From positions 53,072,001-53,136,000 of the forward strand of contig CM060732.1 in NCBI GenBank assembly GCA_030704615.1: DNA of 64,000 bases. Reading direction: 5' to 3'. This document shows positions 24,201 to 38,300 of this stretch, piece by piece. Below the pieces are notes generated by a model. That model saw only the letters and a list, made by a program, of their open reading frames with translations. It made no database searches and had not been told where the DNA came from. Position numbers and translations under genes: made by a program. Origin of the DNA: Takakia lepidozioides (lineage: Eukaryota; Plantae; Bryophyta). Each line of letters opens with the position of its first letter. Positions within the stretch are counted from its first letter, which is position 1.

Positions 24201-27200
24201 GGAGATATGATGGCTGCAGGTCCTCCAGGGATTAGACCCATCAGCATAGTCTGTGGCCCAACTCCAGGCCGGATATTTGGTGGGAATCGTTGTATCAATC
24301 CTGGTTGGATATTACCCTGTCCAGGTCGAAACCCTCCTGCCAAGGCTATGTCCACCAAACGAGCATCCCCAGCAAGGCCACGGCCAAGAGATGGGACAAG
24401 TCCTGGTTGTCTTGTCCAACGATCCTCAACCTCACTGCCGCTTCCTCGTCGCTCCAAACGAGGGCCACCACTGGGCTGTCGGTCCAGTATCCGGCCTGGG
24501 CTGCCCAAGCCATCTACAAGAAGACCACTCTGCAACATGTCTGCCATATCAAAATTGTCCGGTACATCCCGGTTCAGGTCCCTATACGTCATCAAAAAAT
24601 CACGGGTATACTTTCTATCACCCTGATGCAAAGGGTGGAAGCCAGAAGCCCCAGCAATTAGCGTAGGTGTAGGTAACTCAGCGGCATCTTCCCAGTCATC
24701 CAGTTCCTTGGGCGAGGCCTTCTCCAAGGCGGTATAAGAGTCCTTCTTCACATCACCTGAAGGCCCAGAACCAGGAAGCTCAGCTCTTATCACCTCTAGC
24801 TTTTTCTCCTCTGGAGCTTTGTAAGCATTGTACAGGTCTGCAGTTGTACCAGCAGCATCTGCCTTTGCGAGCAGCTCCTTTTTCTTCTTCTTTCTGCTCC
24901 CTCCCACTTTGCTGGCCTCTGGAGGGGCAATAGATGGGTTCTCTGCATCAGAATTTAGGCTTACGCCCTTGCTTATTTCACCCATTTCGTTAGCCACTTG
25001 TTCTTCTGACAGTACATCAGCTGCTGCAGACACTGAGATAGGGGCAGTGTCATCTCCTAGCAACCCATCTCCACTATTTCCCATCATGCTAATTGCCTCA
25101 ATGTGGTCAGCAGCTGAACTGCCAGACGCTCCAATATTTGCTGGACTATCTTCCAAATCAGCCCCATTTTCTTCAGAAGACAACAGAGGCATCACCTCAA
25201 ATGCTTCTTTATCACCCACTGAAACATTACTCACCACTGTCTTTGTATCTTCATATGATACAGGTTCAACCGCTCCTACAGCCTTCCCCCCAGTTTGTTC
25301 ATAAGAGTGGTCTAAGGTCCCAGACGTAACACTGGTCTCTGTAAGCTGCGCTATGTCAACATTTGCAACAAGGATATCTGGGTCAAAAGCAGGAGAAACA
25401 TCCTCAACTGCATCTAATGGTACAAGATCGCCTTCAACTCCTTCAGGTGTTATCATGTCTGACAACAAAAGGTTCCCTACTGCTGACTCAACACCGATTT
25501 CAGATAGGAGACTGTTTGAAACCTCAGGTGACAACTTATCGGTGACAGTAGCCTCTGCAGTCAGCCTACCCTCTTCCACAGCCCTACTACTGTCCATCAT
25601 TTCCGTTTCATCCTCCACCTGTTCAACACTCACTAATGTATCTGTACCATTGACTGCAGTGGCCCCCTCACCAACAGCAAGATAAGCATCCTCAACTCCC
25701 CCCAACAACTTGGTGGTGACTTCTGAAGGAAGAGCTAAGGCAGCAATTTCTTGAGAATCTGTGCTTGTAGATTCTGTGCTTGTAGTTAACATGGTTGTGT
25801 CCTCTTTAGCTGGAATCTGCAGATCTAGAGTCCTATTTGAAGCAACAGTGATTTCAGAGATCACTAAACACGCTGATTCACCTGGAACAGCACTAGCAGC
25901 AGCATTAGGAGTGCACTGCATGCCATGCTCCATCTCCACAACCTCATTTACCCCAGCAGTTTCATCGACTTCCTCTACCCTCTCTACTTCAACTTTGAGA
26001 ACATTCGACAAATTGCTATTGCTTGATCTCGGTTCCTCCTTGGAATTGGTCAGATTATCAATTTCTGGCTCCATAAGTGTCTCCTTTGTGTCAGCCGCAC
26101 TGATCACAGAGTCTTCTCCAGACACAATGCTCAAAAGAATGTCCTTCACTGAGACCTCCACACCTTTTGCCTCTACTGCTTGATCACCATTGGACTTGCT
26201 AGACACCAGGGGTGAGGATGGCTCTTTGGAGAAAGTGGAGACATTTGACTGTTCAGCAGCTGATCCTTCACCTGCAATCGAGAGATATTCAGGAACCACA
26301 GTTTCTTCGCCCTCTGCTCCTGGTAATTTCTGAGAGAACTTACCCAAATCATGTCTAAAGGAGACTTGGGAACCTCCCTCTTCAGGTTGGGGGCGCAGTG
26401 AACCGGAGACAGAGGAAAAGATATCTGTATACAATTAAACATATTAACAGATTAGTTGAAAACAGAGTGTAAAGTTGAAATTGCAAAGAGGAAAAACAGG
26501 ATCTTTCCTTTAAACAATCTGCCTCTCAAGAGAATTTGACATACATACATGCAACTTAACTAGCACAGGCTGCAAGCCAGATGACGTACATATCCAGAAG
26601 TTGAACAACTACTATCAAGATAGTCAATCAGCCATGTGCAATGCTTACCCTTCTTGACAGACACAGGTAGGCTACATGGGTAATCCTGCTGCACCTATTT
26701 TAGCACAAAATGTCTGAATGGCCTTTGATCCCATCCATGAGCTCTCTCTCAAACAACATTGTCCCCCCAACTTGTTCACCAACTTTTTCTCGAGGCTGAG
26801 CCTAAAGCCTGGCCCAGTTGGGGTGTAATTGCCCTTTTATTCTGGGCGCCAGGTCTATGGTCACAAGGCTACGGCAAACAACCTCTTATGAGTACATTCT
26901 CGCTCAAACAACGAGACCCTGGTGGGTACGAACCCCACAAAAGGCTCTGGGAGGGTTAGTTTACCATGGGGTCAGAGGCTGCAAGGCTATGGCAAGCCTA
27001 CCATCACGGGGAACGGCGTAAGTACATTCTCTCGAACAACGTCTCATGAGTGCATTCTCTGTGTCTCCTCTCTTACTCTATGTCTCTCTCTAGGAACAAT
27101 GCCCAGAGATTTGAATACTAAGTAACACCACAACCACTACAAGTAAAATGGAGTGCTGATTTTCAAGGGGAACTGGAGTAATGGGGAAGCTTTCATGCAT

Positions 27201-30200
27201 GGCACCACTCACGTCTCAACACAATCTAGAGCATTACTGATACCTATGATACATTGGCACCCTGCAGCAAGGTGCTGCATAGACATCATACAACTTGTCA
27301 CAACCTTCCACGAAATGAAGATAGGTATTACCTTGACTTGAAGGCGATTGAACAGATGACTTGCCAGGGGTCTTCTTATCAGACTCAGACGTTGCTCTTC
27401 CAGAGTACTTTGAATTCTCCTGGCTGGAAGGTGTGACCTTCACAGGTGCAATTACTACAGAATAGGTAGGAACTTCAGACTGGGTTCTTTGCAAGCCAGC
27501 CCTCAGCGCGAAGGACATGGGTATTGGTGGGAGAGTTGCACAAGCAGCTGCTGAAGACTGTGCAGGTGGAGATACAAGTGGATCTGTCTTCTTATCACCT
27601 TGCCCTTCGGCAGCCTGTTGAGTCGACGCTAATGGTTGCTGCTGCTGTTGTCGATGTTGCCGCTGCTCCTTCTTGCTATTCTTTCTCGAATTCTCTCTCC
27701 CAGGAGGCTTAGCGATTTCACCTTTTGACTTTTCTCCTGAATTTGCTGAACTCCCAGCAGCAGCTGAATTCACTACATTAGGGGTAGAAGCATTCAAGGT
27801 AGGTGGGGAATGCTTAGAGGAGACCAAGGTGCTTGCCAGTCTGTTAGAGATAGAAGATGAAGGGACTGAAGATGTCGCATTTGTTTCAGCTGCAGTATGT
27901 ATGGTACCCAGAGCTGGTGGATGTGAACTAGTGGATTCTGTTGCAGAGCTGTTTGTTCCTGATGGTAAAACCTTGGCCACATCCACAGACTCTCCAGCAG
28001 ATACAGCTGCCGAACCTGATGCTTCAACATCACCAAACTTGAAGGCCATTACTGAATTAGGAACTGACGAAATTGCAGGACTTGGGGCAATCTGGGCAGG
28101 AAGTGGACCAACAGGTGCCACCAAGTTGGCAGGCCTGCCATTGCCGGGGAGAGGAAGGTTCCCCCCCAACTGTGGAAGAGTTCCTGAGGCTCCTGGCCTC
28201 CCACTTGTCAGCACCGCAGGAATGCCCTGGACTGTGGCCTGTGATGGCCCAACCAAAGGGCTCACAATTAGTTGACCAGCAGATGCAGTACTCCCAACTT
28301 CCACGGCAGCAGGGCCTGTGCTTCCTGGTCCAATGGGGACCATGCTGACTGGGGGAGGGCCAACTTTAGGTCCAGGTGGGGTCGAGGCCGTGCCAGGATG
28401 GCTGACAAATGGCTGTCCAGGGGGGGGAGCTGCATAACTGAACCTAACTGGGGAAGGATTTGACTGAGGCTGTGCTGCCGAAGGGACTCCGGCCTTGGGC
28501 GGCGGAAAGAAGCTGGGTGGAGGGCCATGGCTGCTATATGGCCCATTTTGCAATGGTGGAAAGAAGTTCATAGTTGAGATTATTGGATGATGGCCACCAG
28601 CATATCCCACTGGGGGTCTTGGTTGAGGAGGCCCATTGGTGGAGACTCTTCCCAACATACCAGTAGCAACAGAGGCAGCTGTTACACCACCCCCCTCCAT
28701 GAAGTCGCCTTTCTTCGTCTTGGGATCAAATCGCAACTCCTCATGGGTTTCGGGATGCACAATCTTGACAGCCCTATTTGCACGTGGCTGTATGTATGGG
28801 CTCGGAGGCCCATATGGAGGCCCTGGCATCCCAGGTGGAAGCTGGCTTCCCATACCACCACCCATCTGATGGGCCATCTGGGGTGATATTTGTTGGGCAG
28901 ACAACTGTGGGCTCCCTATTTGTGATCCAATGATCTGAGGACCATGAGGTGGAGGAGGCATCATAGATGCTGAGAACTTCATAGCCTGGTTTTGTTGCAC
29001 CATGCCTTGCTGCTGTGGCATGGGCTGCTGCTGCTGCTGAGCCATCGCCTGTTGCTGCTGTGCATGCGCCACTGCAAGCTGTGCTTGCAGCTGCAGGTGT
29101 GGCACTTGGGATGGCATGTGCATACTGCTGACTTGTGCATGCTGTTGTACATACTGTGCCTGAGAAATCTGCTGCTGTGGTGGCACTTGTACTGCTGGAG
29201 CCACAGGGACTGGCCCCTGAGCATTTACAGTTGGTTGGATGTGTTGCGGAGCCGTTGAAATGGGTTGTTCTATAGGGCTACCAACACTGCGAGCAGGCAC
29301 CTGCTTCAAGAAGAAGCCCCCCACAAGGTCTGACTCAAGAAACAAGACCTAGCACAAATGCAGCTAGCCAAAGGAAGATTCATCATCCATGACTACTCAG
29401 TAATTTTCAGTTGCCAATTCTCTCTGTAAAGTTGACACCCCACATATATACATACGTACCGGTCCTTGCTGCAATCCAGCCAAAAGTGATGGCACTTTGC
29501 CTGCGGTGACAGCTCGAGCAGTCTCAAGCCATGCCTGTGCCATGCTCAAAATCATGTTATTCAAACCTGCCTACACAAAAAATACTAATATTTTGTGTAA
29601 AACTGGACTTCCATATAGCAACCTGAAAATCTTCATACAGCATCAGAGATTTGACTCAAGAAGAAAGCTGACGATCCTACCTGTTCCTTTTGCTCATCAA
29701 GATTTGGGGGAGCTGAGCTTGTTCGTGCTGGAATCTATGCCCATCGCAAACAACAATGAAACATGTATTAGCCTCATACACAGGGTGTTGACATGTCAAA
29801 CCTTCAATTCACGGGAGTGGCTTTCTCACCAAAACAATCTATTGCCTACATTGATGCACAAAGGAGAATTTCATTCAGGATCGCATCAATACAAACAGTG
29901 CTGTATCGTCACTTCTGCTACCACTGGAGGCAGGGTGTAACAAAACAGAGGACAATGCTAGATTGAGCATCCATTCACTCAGTAGGATTACTCCTCAGTA
30001 GGGAAGGAGACTTTCTGGCAGCAACCATGGTTGTGTAGTTGTTCCGATAGTCACTAGGTAGCAGGAGGTACCTGGAAGTCTATGTTACCCAGTGACCCCC
30101 ACTAAGAGATGCATTAGCTACAGTAGGTGACAACAAATACTTGAACACATGACAAATAGCACACCAGTCATCTGACATACAAAAAGTAAATAATAGAGGC

Positions 30201-32177
30201 CTTGACTACAAGATAACCTACTAAAACCAGGCAAAGAGCTGAAAATTGATGAGTAAGGGTGAGCGAGGGTGCATTCTGCAGTTGGGAGGAAGGAATACCT
30301 GCATGCCACTGTGCTTGTGGCCAGCATTGAAGCTGTAACCAGGACTTATGCTCCCAAATTGAAATGTTTGGGATGGAGTCCGAGATACCTCAGGTGATGC
30401 AGCTACACACAGCCCCACCAGAAAATAGTGATCAAGCAACCGTGGAGCAGTCAATTGTGAAAGCACACTAAACCCTAGAAAGAAAAGCAGATACCTTGTA
30501 ATATAGGAAACAGCTTACAAGAACAAAGAAGTCACATACGCAGCTGCAAGGTGCTTCAGACAGTACTGCCTATCCCAAGTATCCATCACCCTATGTAGTA
30601 TCCAGCATGTTCCTGATAAGCCAGACCCATTTATTGGAGAAACCTAGTCAAGATGCCAGCTACCAAAACCAAGGCCTCCAGCCTGAGGTATAAAGGGGTT
30701 GCACATGCCACACATATACACACTTAGCAAGGTCTGTGCATACCAGTAGGTGCCACAGGCTCAGGGCCCGCAGCAAGGTTAGACCCTGAAGAAGGTGGTT
30801 TACTAGTGGAAGGTTGCTTTGCCACCGGTGACCCGGGTGATGCAACAGGGGCTCTTGCTATGCTACCCAATGGAGCTGCCACCTTCAACTCTGAAGATTG
30901 CAGACCAGACCCCGTCTGCGTGTGTTGATTTGCCTCTGTGGGGCCCATGCCTTGGTGTGTCGCCGGTACTATCAACCACAAGACAAGAAAATTGAGCTAT
31001 AAATCAAGAAACAATTGGCATAATACTGAATTCAGGCTACTACTGACAGATAAAATGATACAAAGAATAAACGAAGGCATCTCAAACCTAGGCCACAAAA
31101 TGAACACAAAATTAGGCTAGAGCTACATAGCAAGTATGGGAGCAGACCTTGTTGCTGCTGATTTGTATTCTGTGGTGATGCTGGCTGCTGCACCTTGTAA
31201 GTACCACCCTGCTCTGCAGACCCTCCACTTGGAGTGCCTCTTCCAGGTGCAGCAGGTCCATTTGCGCGCTTCCCACTGCCAAGTTAAATCCACAATACCA
31301 ATAAAAATCTAGTTACTCATAAATGACCTTGCAGCAACATGGCAGTATGGTATTTGGACATGGAACGCCTGCCAAAACTGCTTTTTCAACCCGTCATTTA
31401 AAGCTACCCTAGGTCTGATTAGCACAACAACAAGACCTGATTACATCTTCTGTTAGAACAAGTAGATTGTTATGGGAGAAATTGTAGAGAATCTGGATAC
31501 TATTACAATACACAAGCCTTTCAAAACATCACCTCCATGCTAAGCTCCCCTTCAGCATGCACTAAGCTCGAACCGTATGGAAGATGATAAGGCAATTGCA
31601 GGGCCGTTACAAGATTGCACCACTTGTGATGAGAAATGTTGGCCGTCACTGATGATTCGAGGGTTTCTATGGACCTGCAATTATGTTCTTCTGTCACCTT
31701 GGAAAATTAAACCAATTCATGAAGCACACCCGTGCCAACCAAACCCTATCGCCAAACAAATGGGAGCACCGGAGTGTAGAAAGCTTACTGAGAGGGCTTA
31801 CTGGGGTAACTCATCCACGCCACTACCTGCAACCCTGAGCCCTTGCAAAGTGTGGACTGTTTCCCAAAAATTCAGAGGTATCGTAAAGCCAACGCACTAA
31901 GGCAATTGGCAGACGAGGTGTCCAAATACAAAAGAAAGGCTCACCCGCGATTGGTGGAGGCCGCAGGAGCAGCAGGGCGGACTGAAGGGAGGGCAGCAGG
32001 AGAAGGCTGTGGGAGCCCAGAGCCAAAGGGCCCGCTGCCTGCAGGGCTGGGCCCTCCGCCCTTGACAGCTGACGAAGGAGGCACTGCCTTCGAAAACCCA
32101 GCACCACTTGCTCTTCCACTTCCAGCCTTTCTCAGCTGTACATCACTCCGGTCTCCCTTGCTGTGATAGTGGGACAT
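18272..32177 (-). CDS. eIF4G: Eukaryotic translation initiation factor 4G with MIF4G, MA3 and C-terminal W2 domains; 17 coding exons, ~2586 aa predicted
   Basis: Phase-consistent GT-AG exons: 32177-31945, 31275-31148, 30968-30744, 30402-30299, 29734-29681, 29534-29460, 29300-27332, 26424-23155, 22963-22321, 22124-21930, 21612-21252, 20898-20821, 20590-20489, 19900-19810, 19433-19345, 18932-18864, 18346-18272. Motifs: FQFGSISPG, IPARTSSAPPNLDEQK, VKIVHPETHEEL, DDWEDAAE, eIF4E-binding YTRDFLM, MIF4G ILNKLTPQNFEKL...FIGELYK, MA3, W2 (DIIKWIE...LFNNFYHEEVISEGAYTKW...VSKWLQWL). Confidence 0.95.
18335..18623. repeat. 143-bp tandem duplication spanning the last eIF4G splice acceptor
   Basis: Two copies (18335-18477, 18478-18620) with one visible substitution (cagatag/caggtag) and ctc junction microhomology. 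Confidence 0.95.
26760..27050 (+). mobile_element. LINE-related 3' relic inside an eIF4G intron
   Basis: Similarity to 17230-17460 and an internal partial duplication (caaggcta.ggcaa...agtacattctc). Confidence 0.45.
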
Positions 32178-32999
32178 ATATAATGTAATTAATCCTCCTC
32201 CCTTACTGTTATAACGAGCGCAGATCTGTAGACCCGCGTTCTCTGCTTCCTGCCAATCAAACGGTACGATCCAAACCAACGGCGTGCATGGAGCAAGTCA
32301 GCATGAACAAGAATGGAACAACAGCTAACAATGGAAACCGAAAAAAAAAAAAAAACTCTTGAAATAGAAATGCAGAGCTTTCACGAATGAAGACTCTAGA
32401 CAGGGAGGCGAAGAACCAGTAAGAAAATCCGTGAGGATCGAAATAGAGACTTTGGAAGAAAAAGGAGGAAAAAGCAGAACTATTTTAAGAGGGGGAAGGG
32501 GGAAAAGGGAAAGGGGGAGAGAGAGAAGATTGGCTCCCTGTGAGTATGTGGAGCTGCGCAACATGCAGCGATTGCTGTGTAGGGTTTGATAGAGAGGGGA
32601 AAGAGGAAGGGAAAGATGTGAGAATAAGGAAGCGAGGCTGCACTCGCTCGCTAGGGCTTCCTCGCTGCTCCCGCCCTGACCTAGCGCCGTTTCGCCGATC
32701 GACGCCCCTCTTTCGCCGTCGCCCTCCTTGGTTTCGCCATATTTCTTTCTTATTTTTTACTCATTAATCAATTATTGGACTTATGGCTATTTTTCCTCCC
32801 ATGGATCTGCTACTTTTCTATATTATTTTATGAATAATACTATTGTTATTACTATTCTTCCCACTGACACATTCTGTCAGGGATACGCATCATAGATTGG
32901 ATGGAATACGGATTCATCCTCAGTGGTAAGAATCAAGAAATACATTTTCATTTTCTTGAATTTTATTTCTGAAGGGGAAGGATTTCTTGGCTGGAAAAT

Positions 33000-33794
33000 C
33001 CCGCTACGGTCACATGCTTCCAACTACTCGCCTGCAGTCCGACTCCATGGTCGTTAAAAGCAGGTGTGGCGGATTCTGCCACTTTTCAAGCCTAATTCTC
33101 AGGCCGAATCGGCAACCCAGGGCAGAATCGGCAGGGATGGCCGATTACGCACAGAGGACGGCAAACCTACCACCGAGGCCCGTGTCATCAGCCATGAACC
33201 CACCTGCCTTCCCCTGAGGCTCGCCCCGTTTATATCCTCTCCGGGGCTCTGAATCTGGGCAATCCATATGGGATAAACAAAACTCCATCGTATTGCGCCA
33301 CGTAACGGCGAGAATCCGCCACACCTGCTTTTAACTCCAGTGAACGGGCCGCGTTGGCCGACTCTGCCCTGTGCGCGGCCATAGGGCTCGCCCAAAGACC
33401 GCTTACAGGGCAGAATCGGCCAACGCGGCCCATTCTCTAGTACAGATTGGACGTGCCCTAACTGCGCACCTACGTGGGTGGCCACGTCCTCCATCCTCGT
33501 CTTGCGGACCCCACAGCCGACAGAAGCACCCATTCATGGGCTGCCACGCACCGCCGACGGATCCGCCTAAAACAGCTCCGTGCAACGTATGCAAATCTGG
33601 GCAGCTGGGGCAGCGAGATGCTGCAGCCCGGAAACAAACAAAGCAGCCTGAAAAATTCAAATTCTGATCTGCTGGAAGCATGCCGCGGGTCGCTGGCCTT
33701 CTTTTTTTGTTTTTCTTTTTGTTTCTCAGGACTACGGTGTAACTTATCAATCACAGAAAGTTACAGGGAGGTGAAAAAACAGCTTAAGGGTTAA
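33000..33794. mobile_element. GC-rich DNA-transposon relic ending cttaaggg|ttaa, between the divergent eIF4G and 35302 genes
   Basis: 22-bp inverted repeat aaaagcaggtgtggcggattct / agaatccgccacacctgctttt (~33057, ~33311); gggcagaatcggc repeats; right end identical to the last 12 bp of the 46020-46850 element; left end not found. Confidence 0.5.
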
Positions 33795-35301
33795 CGCCAA
33801 AATAAGACACCGGGTGGAATGTATGTGGGGCATGGTGCCATTTCCATCGGATACGTGGCATCCCGTGTCACGTGTTTCCGACTATGCTCCTCCAAAAAAT
33901 ATGTAGTATTTAAACAATTTTAGCCAATAAAATAAATATATCTTTCTTTTTATTTTGTGATATGGTATAGCAGCGGTGACTGGAACAGCCGGTCATATGT
34001 GGTTCCGATTGTACCGAAGGGAGTCGACGAACAACGTTCGTTCATTAGCGCCAATATCTCATCCCTCCGGGCTGTTGTTCATCCGTGATGGGATAGCTGC
34101 GCTCATCTTCGATCGGTCTGCCACGTTCGTGCATGTATTCATGAAGTCTGCGATGAGAGTGACAGTAAGACTAGTCTTAAACGCACTGACAAGCACACTG
34201 TGCAGTGTGTGTCGCTGTGTGTGTGTCCGTGTAAATCCATGACATGCCCCGATTTGAAAGATGAAGGTGACGAGGGAGTAATGGCGTTTGCTGCTTCATT
34301 CCCCCATTGTTTGTTATTTTATTTCCATACTGTTAATTGATGCATGTAGTGAGCATGGTGATTGGTGACAGGAATTTCACAAGTTGGGTTTTACATTACC
34401 GTCTTGGAGGTAATTCTCATGACGTGCCTGACCTGGTCCATAGTCCATAGTCCATACCATGAACTACCTTCCCAAAGGTAACTGCGTGTGTCCTGTGAAA
34501 GAGATCAGGGCCTTCTCTCCTACTAAAGAAACAAGCAGTTGGAGGGACCGGTGGGTTCATCACAAGTTCAAGACAGTGCATGGTGAAAGGGGGCCTTTCA
34601 AATCAACAAATGTTGCTGCTGTCATTAGCACCATTACTTTGTGTTTGTGAGGTAATTGAGAAATGTCCTCACAACCCCAGATTTCCAATCCAGAATTAGT
34701 CACCACAGATGTGATTGGTAATGGTTCAGCGCCTTATCTGGGAAGAAGGCAATGCATTGGTACGCCTTCACCTTTGTGTCGGGGGGCCCACTTATGGATG
34801 ACTGCTACCTTCATATATTCCAGAGCAGCTCACTTTCTGAGTAGGATCATAACTTTGTTGTTTTGCAGGACAATTCGAGATGTCCAAAACAAAACAAGAA
34901 GATTAGCAGGGCAGGGCTGCTGTTTGATTAGTGGGCTCTGTCTCTGTCTCCAACTGTTGCAACAATTTCAAACTTTCTCATCATGTCGTTTGTATTAGTA
35001 CACTTGTGTAAGCCACAAGAAGAATGTAGAAACACAAACTGCAGAGGGTGAGCAGAGAAATCGGAGTGTCGGGGAGGGCAGAGAACAAGTGGGTTGCAGC
35101 AGCTTTTGGTGCAATGGTGAAGGAAGGTGATAAGCGGGAGAGAAGACGGAGGGGGCGGTGAGGGGGTGCGGCCCGCCCTATCCTGCCATGGCGACACGTC
35201 TCTTGTGAAGACGGAGTGGCTCCATCCGACTGTACTTCAGGAGAGAGAGGGCTGCTAGAATCGCGAGCTGCATGTGCGCATGCACAAAAAAGGCTGCAGT
35301 G

Positions 35302-38300
35302 ATGGCGGTTTCTTTGTCGCGCTGCGCTCCACCTGACCCCCACTACAGAAAATTGATAGCACCCGGGTTGACGAGGACTGCGGTACCCTCTATCTCCTCA
35401 GTCTCTTTTCTCCGTGTCTCTTGCCCTGAGTTTCTCCAGCCTTGCTCCCGCTCCCTCTCCCACAGATTTTACGACAGATTCACAGTGATGTCGTCCTTTC
35501 AGCACAACAGCAGTGCTGGGTGGTGTTCGATCCTCTCTGGGTTTGTAGGGGGCTCGAGTGTACACTCAGTGTGCTCTTTTTTGTTGAGACTGGTATTTGT
35601 GTTGGATTGTGTTTGCATGTGCTGTACACAGCGGCCCGAGTGCCTAGCTGGAGAAGCGCATGTTGTCACTACCAGACACATGTACACAGCTCTTTCTCTA
35701 AGCAAATGTTACCGACTTCTAGGTGTCAAATCTCTGATATTGTGAGTGGGAACTGTACAGAATTGCAGATCAGTGCGGGCGAGACAGAGGCAGCAAGCAG
35801 GAACCGAGGGGGCTGCATTACAACCGGTGGCAGACCATGTTAAGCTACCGAAGGGAGAACCGTGTTGCAGGGGGATGCCCTTGGTGGTAATGCCATCCCG
35901 GCCCTCCTCCAGGCTAAGAGTGAAGAAGGGCAGGCAAGAGCCGAAGGTAGACTCCATGGATTTGGAGGCAGCCGAGTGGGTGAGCAGAGTACTGGCAAAT
36001 GACCCCATGGTGGAGGTTGACCCCGTCACTGTTTCGGAGCAGATCATGGCTGAAAAGCGGGCGACCATGGTGGCTACCGCCACCATCTCCACTGGAGTTC
36101 CCAACATGCTACCACTTTCTGGCAGTTTTCCCAAGATTCCGAATGGCGTAGCGCTAGCGGCAGGTCCTAAAAAAATTTCTTTGTAGCATTGCTTCCCAGG
36201 CACTGAGTTCTACTGGGGTTACATGGTGTAGAGATAAGTGCTAGTGTGCACTGTGCAGACCATTATGGGTCTTGATTGGCCAGCCTGTTCTGGATGTGAC
36301 ATTGAGTCTATTCCAGCAACACAGGACTTCCTGGTGGGTGCTTGCAGGTTTGTATGTGCATGGTGAGCAAAGTGTTATTGTCAGCACAAGTCAATGGAGT
36401 TTGGTTGTGATGTGGTGTTTTGGTTTTTCCTTGTGTCTGTCAACAATCGCAGCACTCAGATGTGCAATCACTGCAACAGGTGCTGTGCTGGTTCTGGCCA
36501 CAGTAGCAGCCCTTGTAAGAGCATTGAGGTCTGGAATGCAGCACACTTCTGCTTCAAACATGGAGGAAGCTATCTCCTCTTCTCAATTTGGGAGCTTGGA
36601 TACAAGGAGCAAGGTTGTGGAAGAGACTATAAAGGCAACACATGATGCCATGGCTGCAAAAGCCATGGCAAATGAGGTATCTACGAAACTAGCAGTTACT
36701 GAAGAAAGGCCTGAGGTGTATGCAAAAATTGCCAAGGGCGAATTCCCATCCATCCTGGCAGTTGGTAATGCAGCTGGGTCAGCAATTCTTACAACTTTCG
36801 ATGTCCAACCCAGCTCTGTCAGGCCCCAGCCTGCCCACCCAATCTCAATGCCCTTGCCCCCAAGCCTGTCCATGTCAATGTCACTGGTGAGGGCAGCCAC
36901 TCTTCAAGACTCCCCACGTTACTCTGAGACTGCCACACTCGAGTCATCTCCTTCTACACCTGATGAGGTGCCTTCGCAACATCTCACCACCCCTGAAACA
37001 ATGGATTTTGAGATGGGCACTGAATCTGAGCCTGCACACTTTGTTGAACAAGCCAACGTCACAAATGGGCACGTCTTTGCTCCTATTCCTGAGGATATCC
37101 TGGAAGGTCCCTGGCAGTTCAAGGGTGAGGAAGTGCTGGCGATAGCTGCTGGAGAGCCACAGGACAGACACATTGAAGACTTGGGTGAGGAGGGGCTTAG
37201 CTTCAACACGGAAATGGAGAACGTTGCTGCCTTTACCGGTATGGAAGCCCCTGTACTTGCAGAGCACCAAATGGATCAGTTCCAGGATTCAAGCTCAAGT
37301 GATGCATCAGCAGGAGAAACACTCACAGCTGAGGAAATTCTGCGTGCAGCTGAAATAGAGGTAAGCTCACCACAGATGAGCACCAAACTATGGGTTCAAT
37401 GTCTGGTCTGTGGTGGCATTGATCACCCGAAACAGAGTGCGGGTAATTCATTTTGATTAATTTGAGGATTAGGGGCCTTAAAGGTGGGGTGTGTTTATTC
37501 CTTTCTTTACTTTTTGCAACAAATGTTCTTTGGAGCAACAGATGCGCCAGCCTTGGTTCCAAGTCATGAATCCTTCTGGAACACCTGAAGCTCTATGAAG
37601 TGGTGAAATTTAGGGTCGGGTGTTCCAGGTACTTCATTTCAGGTTGTCAATGCATCAAAACCAAGAAAATGGAGTGTCTGGTATAACTGATCCTAAAATC
37701 CTTAGCTGTTGGCAGTCCTGGATGTGATGAACGTACTTTTGTGGCACTGGCCAGACCTGTATGTACACCTGCTAGAACAGCAAAGGCCTGCGAAGGTGCC
37801 CTGCAATTCTTTGAAGTAGAGTGGGTAAATTTTAAGTGGGAAATGTATTACCATGTCAAAACCACTCTTGAACAGTGTGTTGGAATTAGAGTGATAATGA
37901 AAGTTTGTTGGTTACATAAGAGCATGTGGGATTGGTTCTTTGTGAAAGCCAAACAAAGAGATGTCCACAAGCATTCCTAACATGTAGAAATATCTCATAT
38001 TTGAGCAATACATAAGAGCATGTGGGATTGGTTCTTTGTGAAAGCCAAAGAAAGAGATATCCACAAGCATTCCTAACATGTAGAAATATCTCATATCTAT
38101 ACACAGGCAGAGGAAGCAAGGAGCAATGCCAAGTACAGGGCACTGCAGGCTGCACTTCCTGCAGTAACAATTGGAGCTGGTGCAGTGGGTGCACTTGCTG
38201 GAGGTAACTTCTCCTGCCCTCGCTTGTAGTCTTCTGCTGCAGTTATCGACCCTTGTGATGGATAGTGGGGTCTACCTCATGGTGTCACTTACTTTCGTGA

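Noticed and set aside
23622-28886. Long + strand ORFs antisense to eIF4G (likewise opposite PrxIIE and Pumilio)
   Set aside because: Shadow ORFs of GC-rich coding exons with no recognisable motifs
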